Shown: positions 15,839-24,169, counted from the stretch's first letter. The stretch is DNA of 32,000 nucleotides from an uncultured Chloroflexia bacterium (GCA_963704755.1 OY969938.1:1320001-1352000), one strand, 5' to 3'. Program-made: numbers and translations. Notes: generated from the letters alone by a model not told the origin.

Positions 15839-17275
15839 CTAAGGCAGAGCCGTGATCGAAGCGACCCCATAATAACCCGCCGCGCAGGTATTGACCCAAT
15901 TGGTAGCAATTGGGCCCATGTCTTCCAGCCCGGAAACCACGTCCACCTCCGGGACAACCAGGTCGCGCTGGCCGTTGGCACGATCGGCCAGGATTTCAGC
16001 GTTGCGGCTGTCCCAACGGGCAGCTTTGGTCTGCAAAACCTGGATCTCCGGCCGCATCAGGCTGACGGCCCGCAACGGATAGAGCGCCAGTACCACCAGG
16101 GCCAGCAAGGCCGCCGCCCGCACCAATCCGCTGATCGCCCGGTCAGCCAGCCAGGCGGAAACGGCCATGCCCAGGCAAACAGCCGCGGCGCCCAGGCCGG
16201 ACAACAGGGCAAAGCGGGCCACCATTAAAGCCCGCCCGGCCGGGTAGAGCAGGCCGCCGTACACACTGGGGGCAATGGCGCAAATCACCAGGGCAAAACC
16301 AGCTGCCAGGGCGCCGGCTGCACCCCACAACAGCCCCTTGATTTTCGGCTTCATCTTAATCGAACCCGCCAGCAGGCCACAGCCGCCGGCTAAAAGCAGG
16401 TAAACCGCCAGGGGTAAGGGCACCGTGCGGAATAAATCGACCACAAAATCGACCGAATAGCGCAGGCTGTAGGGAATCAGGTCGATCAAGTGGGCCGGTG
16501 GGGGCATGACGGCCTGCCGCCAGGCGTTGGCCGGTGAAAGGGCCATGAGCAGCATGGCCAGCAGGGTGACCGCCAGCGGCGGCCACACCAGGGCAATCCC
16601 GCGGCTTATCTGCCGCCGCCAGCGCAGCACGATTACCAGGATCAGCGCCAGGATAAACGCGCCGGCCTGGAAGGCGGCGTAGGTCTCGGAAAGTCCGGCA
16701 GCCAGGAAAGCCAGGGGGGTAGTCAGCCATAGCACGCCCAGGCCCCGATGCGCCTCGAAGCCGCGGAACCAGGCCCGCAAACTCAACCAGACGATCAACA
16801 GGAACAGAACCAGGGGCAGGCTGTAATGGAGAGTGCCCATGCGCCAATAAATCGACTGGAGCCGGTCTGGAGCGGCGTAGGCGGCCGTGAAAACCAGCCC
16901 GGTGGAAAGAACCAGCCAGAGCCCGGCTGGATGCCGGGTGTTCAAGCGGTTCGCAGCCGCCCGCAGAGCCAACCAGGCGGCGGCCAGCCAGCCAAACAGT
17001 ACGACCGCCGGCTGCCAGCGCACGGCATTGGGCCCGAACAAATCGCCCAGGGCCACCATCCACACGGCCGAAAAACGATTTCCGCCGGTCTGGTACCAGT
17101 CCAGCGTGCCATTGAACAGCCCGCGATCCTGGACCTCATTGGAATAGCAATAATCGTCCGCCCACAGGCGCGAACTATTGCCCGCGTAGGCAATCGCCGC
17201 CACCCCGGCCAGAAAGCCCAGCAGGGCCAGGCCAATCAATAACGGTGTAATCCAACGGAATTTCGTCAGGGACAT
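15839..17275 (-). CDS. polytopic membrane protein, possible GT-C-fold glycosyltransferase or glycan polymerase
   Basis: 478 aa with at least 10 hydrophobic helices. An acidic motif (LWADDYCY) sits in the first predicted external loop, as in GT-C enzymes. Its start is 1 nt after the upstream stop. Confidence 0.45.
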   Translation of the reverse strand: MSLTKFRWITPLLIGLALLGFLAGVAAIAYAGNSSRLWADDYCYSNEVQDRGLFNGTLDWYQTGGNRFSAVWMVALGDLFGPNAVRWQPAVVLFGWLAAAWLALRAAANRLNTRHPAGLWLVLSTGLVFTAAYAAPDRLQSIYWRMGTLHYSLPLVLFLLIVWLSLRAWFRGFEAHRGLGVLWLTTPLAFLAAGLSETYAAFQAGAFILALILVIVLRWRRQISRGIALVWPPLAVTLLAMLLMALSPANAWRQAVMPPPAHLIDLIPYSLRYSVDFVVDLFRTVPLPLAVYLLLAGGCGLLAGSIKMKPKIKGLLWGAAGALAAGFALVICAIAPSVYGGLLYPAGRALMVARFALLSGLGAAAVCLGMAVSAWLADRAISGLVRAAALLALVVLALYPLRAVSLMRPEIQVLQTKAARWDSRNAEILADRANGQRDLVVPEVDVVSGLEDMGPIATNWVNTCAAGYYGVASITALP

Positions 17276-17276
17276 T

Positions 17277-18782
17277 TTATGATTTCGGGCTCCTCAGGTC
17301 ATAGACCAGGTAACCATCCCCCTGGCGATAGACCGGGTAATTATCGGCCAACAATTGCTTGACCTGCGGCTGTTTGTTCAATTCGTCAAAATCGGTGATC
17401 AAGAAAAAGTCTTTCCCGCCGGTCTCCTGCTTGAAATAGGAGCCCAGGTCAAAACTCTGGCCGGCCATCTCGCGCAGGTTGATATCCGCCGTGCTGAACC
17501 AGTTGGTTACGTCCAGCCAGCCCCAATAGGTAAACGCCGTGCTGTATTCTGGAGCAATCGCCACAATTTTATCATCCGGGGTGAATATCGCGCTGATCTG
17601 CTCCACCTGGGCCACCGCCTGGTTCTCGTTCACCGATTTGAGCGTATCGCGGGCAGCATAGATCTGCGACAGGCCAAACACGGCCAGGGCGGCGGCGACG
17701 GCCAGGGTTGCCAGCCAGCGCGGGCCCTGCAAGGACGAGAGCACCCTTTGCAAACCTGCCCCCGCACCCAGCGCGACCAGGGGCAGCAGCGGCAACTGGT
17801 AGTAATCGTGAGTAGAAATGTAATACGAAAACAGGACGCCGTACAGCAGGTACGCCGCCCCGGCCCCCAGCAGCAGCCCGCGCTTGGATCTGCCGGGCAG
17901 GCTGAAGATCCCCAGTGCTGCCAGCAGCACCCAGGGCAGCGGTGTGACCGTATCGACCTTCAACATCCACTGTAAGTAGAAGACTGGGTCCGACCACATC
18001 TGCGGGAAGAAGCGTAAACTAAACTGGCCCTGCATCAGGCCCAACCCCAGGGTAGTATAGGCCAGGTAAGCCCCGTAAGGCAGCACCGCCAGCACATTGA
18101 CCAGCCACCACTGCTTGCTGCGCAAGGCGTTTTTCAGGCCCAGGCCCCCCAGCGTCAGGCCGACCCAGGCGCCGGCCACAAAAAAAGCGGCTGTCGATTT
18201 GACATACACTGCCAGGCCGGTCAGCAGCCCGGCGGAAACCGCCCTGCCCCAACCAGGCTGCTGCTGCCAGCGCAGCATGCCCCACCACGACCAGACAATC
18301 ATGGCGACCATCAACGGATCCGGCTGGAAGGAGCGTGAAGCCAGGATGCCGTACTGCAGCAGCATATACAACAACAGGGCCACCAGCGCCCCCCAGCGGC
18401 CGATCAGCCTGCGCCCCAGCAAGTACAGACCAACACCGCCCAACGTCCAGAAAAAAATGGTGTACAGGCGTGGGATCCGCAGGTCGGCCGCGCCGGCCAG
18501 GCGATAGCCCCAGGCAGCCAACGTTTCCATAATCTGCGGCTCGATCAGCCCTTCGGCCTGCTGCTGGTGGATGGCGCGCTGCTGCTGCCATTGCGAAACG
18601 TCATCCAGGGTGCTGTAATACATCCCACGCGCGATCAGCGCCGAATGCAACTGGCGGGTAGCGTGAAAATCCAGCGGGGCGTCGCCCAAATCGTACAGCC
18701 GGATGGCCAGCCCGGCCACCAGGATCAGTAAAACGGCCGCCCAGTTGGCCAGGTTGGACCAGCGCAGCGGTTTAGCAGCCAA
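17277..18782 (-). CDS. GT-C glycosyltransferase, PMT_2/ArnT (GT39/GT83-like) family
   Basis: TTG start at 18782, with an in-frame TAG 5 codons upstream and GAGGG 8 nt upstream. The N-terminus LLILVAGLAIRLYDLGDAPLDFH is typical of PMT/ArnT-like enzymes. The protein is 501 aa and polytopic, with a soluble C-terminal domain. Confidence 0.65.
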   Translation of the reverse strand: MAAKPLRWSNLANWAAVLLILVAGLAIRLYDLGDAPLDFHATRQLHSALIARGMYYSTLDDVSQWQQQRAIHQQQAEGLIEPQIMETLAAWGYRLAGAADLRIPRLYTIFFWTLGGVGLYLLGRRLIGRWGALVALLLYMLLQYGILASRSFQPDPLMVAMIVWSWWGMLRWQQQPGWGRAVSAGLLTGLAVYVKSTAAFFVAGAWVGLTLGGLGLKNALRSKQWWLVNVLAVLPYGAYLAYTTLGLGLMQGQFSLRFFPQMWSDPVFYLQWMLKVDTVTPLPWVLLAALGIFSLPGRSKRGLLLGAGAAYLLYGVLFSYYISTHDYYQLPLLPLVALGAGAGLQRVLSSLQGPRWLATLAVAAALAVFGLSQIYAARDTLKSVNENQAVAQVEQISAIFTPDDKIVAIAPEYSTAFTYWGWLDVTNWFSTADINLREMAGQSFDLGSYFKQETGGKDFFLITDFDELNKQPQVKQLLADNYPVYRQGDGYLVYDLRSPKS

Positions 18783-18850
18783 GTCGGTATCCCTCTAGGA
18801 CCGCTTCGGAAACGAAAAAGGCAATGGCCATGGACAAATTGATCAAAGTC

Positions 18851-19807
18851 TCATTTCTCGGAAGTTGCCCGTCCGGCCAGGCGCTGCTTGCGCCGTTCCA
18901 GGTAAGCCGTACGCAGGCCTTCCAGGCCCAGCGGGCTGAACAAGGCATATAAAATCCGGCGCCAGTCCGCCAGCGCCACGCCAGGCGACTGCCAGGCCGC
19001 TTTCCAGTAGTCCTGCAAGGCTTTGCCGGGTAACCCCGCATCCAGGGCATAGAACGCATTGAGCCGGTGCGCCCCTGCCCACATTTTACGCCGGTTCGAG
19101 CGGGCAACGGCCGCAAAATCCGGATCCGATTCGAGCCAGCACGCAATGCGGTAGGCCTCTTCGCCAAAACGAGCCCCCAGGGCCATATTCTTGGCTTGCG
19201 GGTGAAAACGGGCGGCCGCCCAACGGACCCCGCGGGCGTGCTCCATAGGCGCAAGATTGGCTATACGCAGCCATAACTGGTGGTCGAGCAGGTACTGGTA
19301 GGAAAGGTCCAGCAGTCCGGCCTGTTCCAGTACCTCCCGGCGCATGAAGACCCCCGGTTGGCCGATGATCTTGAAATGCAGCAGGTCTTCCAGGCCCCAA
19401 TCGCCGTAACGCATAATGTTGATCCGTTCGCCAGCCGCGTCGATTGATTCGACGTCCGAATAGGCCAGCCCGATCGACGGGTTGACCCGGAAGAACTCGA
19501 CCGCCTGGGCAATCGCGCCCGGCCGGTACAGGTCGTCCGAATTTAACCAGGCCACGATCTCGCCCTGGGCACGCTGCAGGCCCTTGTTGATCCCGTCCGC
19601 CTGGCCGCGGTCGGGCTCCGAGACCCACCAGGCCAGCCGGTCCGCGTACCTGCGAATGATCTCCAGACTGCCATCGTTCGAGCCGCCGTCCGCCACCAGG
19701 TACTCGATGCGCGGGTAGGACTGCTCCAGCACCGAGCGCAGGGTCTGCTCCAGGTACGCTGCCTGGTTATAGGACGGGGTGATGATCGAGACGAGGGGGA
19801 AAATCAT
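18851..19807 (-). CDS. glycosyltransferase family 2 with C-terminal extension
   Basis: VSIITPSYNQAAYLEQTLRSVLEQSYPRIEYLVADGGSNDGS plus LNSDD. By eye, the first ~130 aa are about 60% identical to 15065..15829. Confidence 0.88.
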   Translation of the reverse strand: MIFPLVSIITPSYNQAAYLEQTLRSVLEQSYPRIEYLVADGGSNDGSLEIIRRYADRLAWWVSEPDRGQADGINKGLQRAQGEIVAWLNSDDLYRPGAIAQAVEFFRVNPSIGLAYSDVESIDAAGERINIMRYGDWGLEDLLHFKIIGQPGVFMRREVLEQAGLLDLSYQYLLDHQLWLRIANLAPMEHARGVRWAAARFHPQAKNMALGARFGEEAYRIACWLESDPDFAAVARSNRRKMWAGAHRLNAFYALDAGLPGKALQDYWKAAWQSPGVALADWRRILYALFSPLGLEGLRTAYLERRKQRLAGRATSEK

Positions 19808-19841
19808 ATGTTTTTTGGAACCATGAGGTGCGGATTTTCAA

Positions 19842-19983
19842 GTGTCATGTGTCAAGTGTCGGGTGTCACGGACGTGCTTCAGTTTTACGGTGTTTCCGTG
19901 TCTCAGTGCTGGCAGGGATACCCACCTGGCGTCCCAAGTGAAATTGTCAACCCAGAACTGAATCACTGAAACACTGAAGCACT
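19842..19983. repeat. spacer built of phased short direct repeats (gtgtca x4; cactgaa x3) with an inverted partner
   Basis: gtgtcatgtgtcaagtgtcgggtgtcacgg; gtgcttcagtttt...gtgtctcagtgct lies opposite gaactgaatcactgaaacactgaagcac. Confidence 0.6.
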
Positions 19984-19997
19984 CCCCTTACACATTT

Positions 19998-20729
19998 TTA
20001 AAACAAACTATCGTAGATTACCTTCGGGAACACGGTCAGTTTTCCATCCAGGGTCGCGTCCAGCACCTGGCGGCCGGCCTGGTGATAGGCCAGGCGGGCC
20101 GTGCGATAGGCCTGCTCGGAGGTTTCCAGGTCGGGCAATTGCCAGCGGAAACCCTTGCCAAAATAACCGGGATTGAAGTGGTTGGGATCATCCCCGGCGG
20201 ACACGACCGTGGTATTGGGCTTGCCCTTGGTGGCAAAATTATGGTCCACCCCGATCAGGATGACCGTCTCGAAGCCCAGGTAAAAGGCCACCTGCAGGGC
20301 CATATAGGTCACCGTGGCGCCTTCCCACATCCGCCCGGCGATATTGTGGGCAAAGGTCGGGCCGGTATAGGTGGAATAGAGGAAATACAGGTTATCCTGC
20401 GGCTGGAGCCAGTTGTGCGCTCGCCAGGAGACGAAGCGCGGCATCTTTAGCCCGAGGATATCCTCGGCGCACTGCTCGATCACCAGGTCGTTGACCGAAA
20501 GGTAGTAGCTGGTCTGAAAGCCCATGTCGGCAAAGGCCAGGTAGATCCGGTTCAAGCCGATGGTGTACTCATCCCGCAGGCGGGTCAAATCGGTGCGCGC
20601 CAGGCTGGGGCCGTTGCCCAGGATAAAGCAGCGCTCGCCGCGATGAATGTCTTTCAGCGCCGGCAGCTTGCGGATCGTGTCCTGCCGCCAGGGGTGAAAA
20701 GTCGCCTGAGGCCAATCTTTGGCTCGCAC
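19998..20729 (-). CDS. DUF115 / Maf (motility accessory factor)-like protein, candidate nonulosonic-acid transferase
   Basis: GTG start. The pattern CFILGNGPSL...GLNRIY...ALQVAFYLGFETVILIGVDHNF matches the GNGPSL + G(V/I)D core shared by DUF115/Maf and CstII-type sialyltransferases. Confidence 0.55.
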   Translation of the reverse strand: MRAKDWPQATFHPWRQDTIRKLPALKDIHRGERCFILGNGPSLARTDLTRLRDEYTIGLNRIYLAFADMGFQTSYYLSVNDLVIEQCAEDILGLKMPRFVSWRAHNWLQPQDNLYFLYSTYTGPTFAHNIAGRMWEGATVTYMALQVAFYLGFETVILIGVDHNFATKGKPNTTVVSAGDDPNHFNPGYFGKGFRWQLPDLETSEQAYRTARLAYHQAGRQVLDATLDGKLTVFPKVIYDSLF

Positions 20730-20807
20730 CAGGCCGTCCCGGGTTTCGCGCAGCGAATTTCAACCACGGGTCGGGCAGAGCTCCTTTAAGTGTCTCGCGT
20801 AATGAAC

Positions 20808-21560
20808 TCATTCGGTGCTCAACCTGGCCGTCGCGCCGCCGTCCACCACCAACGCCTGGCCGGTCATGAAGGAAGATTGGTCGTGGTCCGCCAGGAAATA
20901 GATGACCTTGGCGATCTCTTCCGAAGTACCCACCCGCCCGTTGACCGTTTTCCGGGCCAGGTTTTCCAGCCGTTCGGGAATGGTGCCGGTACCGCCCAGG
21001 TGGGCCCGCAGCATGGGCGTATCGACCGCACCCGGCAGCACGGCATTCACACGGATATTATCCGGCGCAAACTCGATCGCCATGGCGCGGGTCAAAGCCA
21101 GGATGCCGCCTTTGCTGGCCGCATAAGCGGCGATATTGGCCGATGTGGCAATGGCGTGCACGGACGACGTGTTGACTATCGCACCCCCACCCCCGGCGGC
21201 CAACAGCGGATGAGCCAGTTTGGCGCCCAGGAAGACCGAGCGCAGGTTGGAGGCCATGACTGCGTCCCACTCCTCGACGCTGGTCTCCAGGATCGGTTTG
21301 ACGATCTGGTAGGCGGCGTTGTTGATCAACGCGTCGAGGGTATCGGTATAGTCGCGCGCTTTTTGGTAAATCGCATCGAAATTCTTTACATCCGCCAGGT
21401 CAGCCTGAATGAACAGGCCTGGCTGCGGGAAGGGTTCACCGAAATCGTTGCGGTCCACGCCGATAACCCGCCAGCCTTTTTCAACGAAATAGACCACGGT
21501 GGCGCGGCCAATCCCCCCCGCCGCCCCGGTAATCAACATCACACGGTTTTCTGGATTCAT
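20808..21560 (-). CDS. SDR-family oxidoreductase (classical short-chain dehydrogenase)
   Basis: ITGAAGGIGRA (TGxxxGxG), NNAA, and S...YAASK catalytic residues. ATG 21560 (MNPENRVMLITG) is preferred over the track start 21620, which would add 20 non-conserved residues. Confidence 0.85.
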   Translation of the reverse strand: MNPENRVMLITGAAGGIGRATVVYFVEKGWRVIGVDRNDFGEPFPQPGLFIQADLADVKNFDAIYQKARDYTDTLDALINNAAYQIVKPILETSVEEWDAVMASNLRSVFLGAKLAHPLLAAGGGGAIVNTSSVHAIATSANIAAYAASKGGILALTRAMAIEFAPDNIRVNAVLPGAVDTPMLRAHLGGTGTIPERLENLARKTVNGRVGTSEEIAKVIYFLADHDQSSFMTGQALVVDGGATARLSTE

Positions 21561-21636
21561 TGTAAGTAACCAACCTGTTCTTCGAAGGATGCCCGGCTTG
21601 CCAACCATTTGCTCTAGCAACTACTCAAGCCAATGA

Positions 21637-21729
21637 ATGAAGTTCCTAAATTTGAGGTGTTTGCGGGGGCGATGCACCCGCAAACACCTCAAATTTAGGG
21701 CTTTTCCCATTGGATTGGGCAGTTACTTA
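21637..21729. repeat. palindromic intergenic repeat, copy C
   Basis: gaagttcc + cctaaatttgaggtgtttgcggg (21645-21667) / cccgcaaacacctcaaatttagg (21677-21699) + tail gcttttcccattggattgggcagttactt. Confidence 0.85.
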
Positions 21730-21773
21730 TTTTAAACCATCTCAGGGGATTTTCGGGCGAGGAATTTTTATTT

Positions 21774-21930
21774 CACCGCAGAGGCGCAGAGAGCGCGGAG
21801 AAGAAAAAAGATAACCACGGAGCACGGAGAGCACGGAGAAAAGAAAGAAAAGGGGAGAAGAGAAATTACTATTTACAAGAATGATAGCCTAAAGTGGATC
21901 GGCCCGGTCTCCAGACCGAGGCCGCTCTTC
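21774..21930. repeat. short relative of the 331-bp unit (two triple-heptamer modules + ggcccggtctccagaccgaggccg box)
   Basis: caccgcagaggcgcagagagcgcggagaag, aaccacggagcacggagagcacggag, agagaaattact...gtggatcggcccggtctccagaccgaggccgctctt match modules of 24278..25300 in permuted order. Confidence 0.75.
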
Positions 21931-22018
21931 GGCGTCGGACTACCAGCCCATAGACTGATAGTCCGGTGCTATTTACCCACCACTGCACCGGCCGAACCAT
22001 GCGTGGGCAGCCAGAACT

Positions 22019-22050
22019 CCCCTTCCCCCCGCGAAGCGTGGGGGAAGGGG
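22019..22050. repeat. GC hairpin ccccttcccc / ggggaagggg
   Basis: 10-bp stem (22019-22028 / 22041-22050), about 55 nt downstream of the stop of the minus-strand gene 22106..24169. There is no T-tract on either side. Confidence 0.5.
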
Positions 22051-22105
22051 CCGGGGGATGAGGGCGAAGCGCCGGACCCTCTCCTCGTTGCCTCATTCCT
22101 TCTTA

Positions 22106-24169
22106 CTATTTACTTCCCACAAACGCCGCGCACAAGGTGGTCTTGAAGAATGCGATCTCTGCGGATGTCAACGTCGGGTCACTGGCGGCATCCGGCGCCA
22201 GGAAGCGTTGGCAGACCAGGTAGCGCTGGCGATCATCCTTGTTGAGCTGGTCCAGGATCGGCTGGGCATCCTGCTCGCGATTGGCCCGCACCAGGCCTTC
22301 CAAAAACGGCATCCATTCGGATAGGTCCTGCGGGGCCAGGCCCAATGACTGCACCTGGTCGGCCAGGGAAGTGACCGTGTTCCAATCGCCGGCCTGGCGG
22401 GCCAGGCTGGCCTTTTGATAGTAATAGCACCAGGTATGGGCCGGTTCAGCCCCAAAAATCGAAGCGGGCACCACCGGCGGCTGGGCGGTCACGTCGATGC
22501 GATCCGCTTTCGAATACGGCGCTACTTCATCGACGACCGGGTCTTCCAATTCTGAAAGCTCCAGCCGGCTGCCGTCCTGGACATGGACGCACGAGCCGTT
22601 CCCCGGCCAGGTGATGATCAGCGACTGGTCAAAGTGACGGGTGAAGTCAAACGTGCGCACCGAGCGGTCCGAAGTCGAACCCATGCGCACTTCGTCGGCC
22701 GTGTCCGAGTTGAGCACTTCTGCCACCAGGGTGGTGTTGGCTACCCCGGGATAATAGATCAGGTTGGCCGGTGAGAAGGCCTCATAGTCCTCGGCCAGGC
22801 GGTAGCCGCTCGGCAGGTAGGCCATCAGCACCGTGTCTGGCTCGATCTGCGGGATGCGCCAGGAGACCTGCCACCAGAATTCCTGCTGATAGCTCCAGGC
22901 ATGCTTCCAGAAATCGATATTGTGGTACTGGGTCATGATCGAGATCACGATCAGGCCGGCCAGCAGCGGCGTGCGCCAGCGGGAGCGCACCGCCAGGAAG
23001 ATCAACCCGCCCAGCAGCATGACCACGCCCACCGTGGCCTGCAAGGTGTAGCGGTCGAACTGGTCCTTGAAATAAACGGTCCGGTCCGAGAGCAGCACCG
23101 GGATGAGCGTCACCAGGACGCCCAGGCCGCCGATGATGATGGCTGCCAGTTTCCAGCGGGCTGCCTGTGGATCCGCCTCTTCGGCGTCTTCTTCTTTCGC
23201 TACCCGGCGCCGTACCCAGCGGCGGTAACCCAAAAAGATCGCCGCGCCGGCCAGTCCCAGCGCCAGCGAGGCAAACCACAATCCGTAAGCCGAGAAGGTC
23301 GTGAGCTGGTAAAAGGGCACAAACCAGGCCAGCACGGTGGTTTCGAAAAAGTCCTTGATGGTTTCGGCTGCCAGTTGGACCGTCATGGCGAAAGGCGCAG
23401 CCAGATATTTGTGCGCCAATACCCCGGTGCTGGTGGCATAACGGGTGCTCTTGTAAATAAACACCCGCCAGAAGACGAACCCACCCACCACGGCCAGGTA
23501 AGGCAGCCAGATGAGGACCACTTTCTTGACCTGTTTCCAGAAGGGCAGCGGCTCTTCGCGCCAGGTCAGGTACCAGATCAGAAACAGGCGGATTCCTTCC
23601 AGGCCGATCATGTATTCGTAGATCAACGCGCACAGCAGCATCAAGGCCATCGACAGGCCGGTCAAGGCTGCTCGCAGTCCCTTGCGGGAGGTCTGCAAGG
23701 CCAGCACGGTCAGCAGCAGCGATAGAATCCCGGCGCTGTAGCCGACGAAATGGTTCTGGAAGGTGGCCGCATTGGGCTGCTGCATAAACCCCGGATAGAC
23801 GGCGAACAAAGCCGACATGGCCGTGGTCGCATAGACCTGCTTCGGCCACAGCTTGCGCAGCAGCCAGAACAGCCCGACCACGCCGGCCAGGCGGGCAAAG
23901 AAGGCAAACCAGGCCCAGGCGTGCGGGCTGTCGCCCAAGATATCGAAGGTGAACGCGTTGACGACCCCCATGAACGGTCGGTCGATCGAGAATTCCTCGA
24001 CGATCTTCTGCGGGCCGTAGGAATCACCGGCAAAGATCATATGCCAGTCGTCTTTGTAGAACCCCAGGCTTTGAATGTGCGGCAGGTTGCTGATCGAATA
24101 GAGCACCACAACCAGCAGGAGCGAAATAATCCATTCCCGGCGGGGAAGGCTGAGTTTTTGAGAAGTCAT
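22106..24169 (-). CDS. large polytopic membrane protein, GT-C-like N-terminal domain + soluble C-terminal domain
   Basis: 687 aa. It has an N-terminal TM, then GFYKDDWHMIF (an acidic first-loop motif), then about 12 further helices and a ~270-aa non-membrane C-terminus. ATG at 24169. Confidence 0.5.
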   Translation of the reverse strand: MTSQKLSLPRREWIISLLLVVVLYSISNLPHIQSLGFYKDDWHMIFAGDSYGPQKIVEEFSIDRPFMGVVNAFTFDILGDSPHAWAWFAFFARLAGVVGLFWLLRKLWPKQVYATTAMSALFAVYPGFMQQPNAATFQNHFVGYSAGILSLLLTVLALQTSRKGLRAALTGLSMALMLLCALIYEYMIGLEGIRLFLIWYLTWREEPLPFWKQVKKVVLIWLPYLAVVGGFVFWRVFIYKSTRYATSTGVLAHKYLAAPFAMTVQLAAETIKDFFETTVLAWFVPFYQLTTFSAYGLWFASLALGLAGAAIFLGYRRWVRRRVAKEEDAEEADPQAARWKLAAIIIGGLGVLVTLIPVLLSDRTVYFKDQFDRYTLQATVGVVMLLGGLIFLAVRSRWRTPLLAGLIVISIMTQYHNIDFWKHAWSYQQEFWWQVSWRIPQIEPDTVLMAYLPSGYRLAEDYEAFSPANLIYYPGVANTTLVAEVLNSDTADEVRMGSTSDRSVRTFDFTRHFDQSLIITWPGNGSCVHVQDGSRLELSELEDPVVDEVAPYSKADRIDVTAQPPVVPASIFGAEPAHTWCYYYQKASLARQAGDWNTVTSLADQVQSLGLAPQDLSEWMPFLEGLVRANREQDAQPILDQLNKDDRQRYLVCQRFLAPDAASDPTLTSAEIAFFKTTLCAAFVGSK

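Noticed and set aside
15173-16228. Long antisense/alternate-frame ORFs (15173..16228, 22782..23849, 22901..23725, 27686..28573, 20790..21569, 25572..26162, 6156..6776, 16356..17063)
   Set aside because: They overlap much better-supported genes with recognisable motifs. Their Arg/Gly/Pro-rich composition is typical of off-frame translation of GC-rich coding DNA.
21561-21620. 20-codon N-terminal extension of the SDR (track start 21620)
   Set aside because: The extension (MLEQMVGKPGILRRTGWLLT) precedes the normal position of the TGxxxGxG fold start. ATG 21560 gives a canonical N-terminus. This remains uncertain without proteomics.
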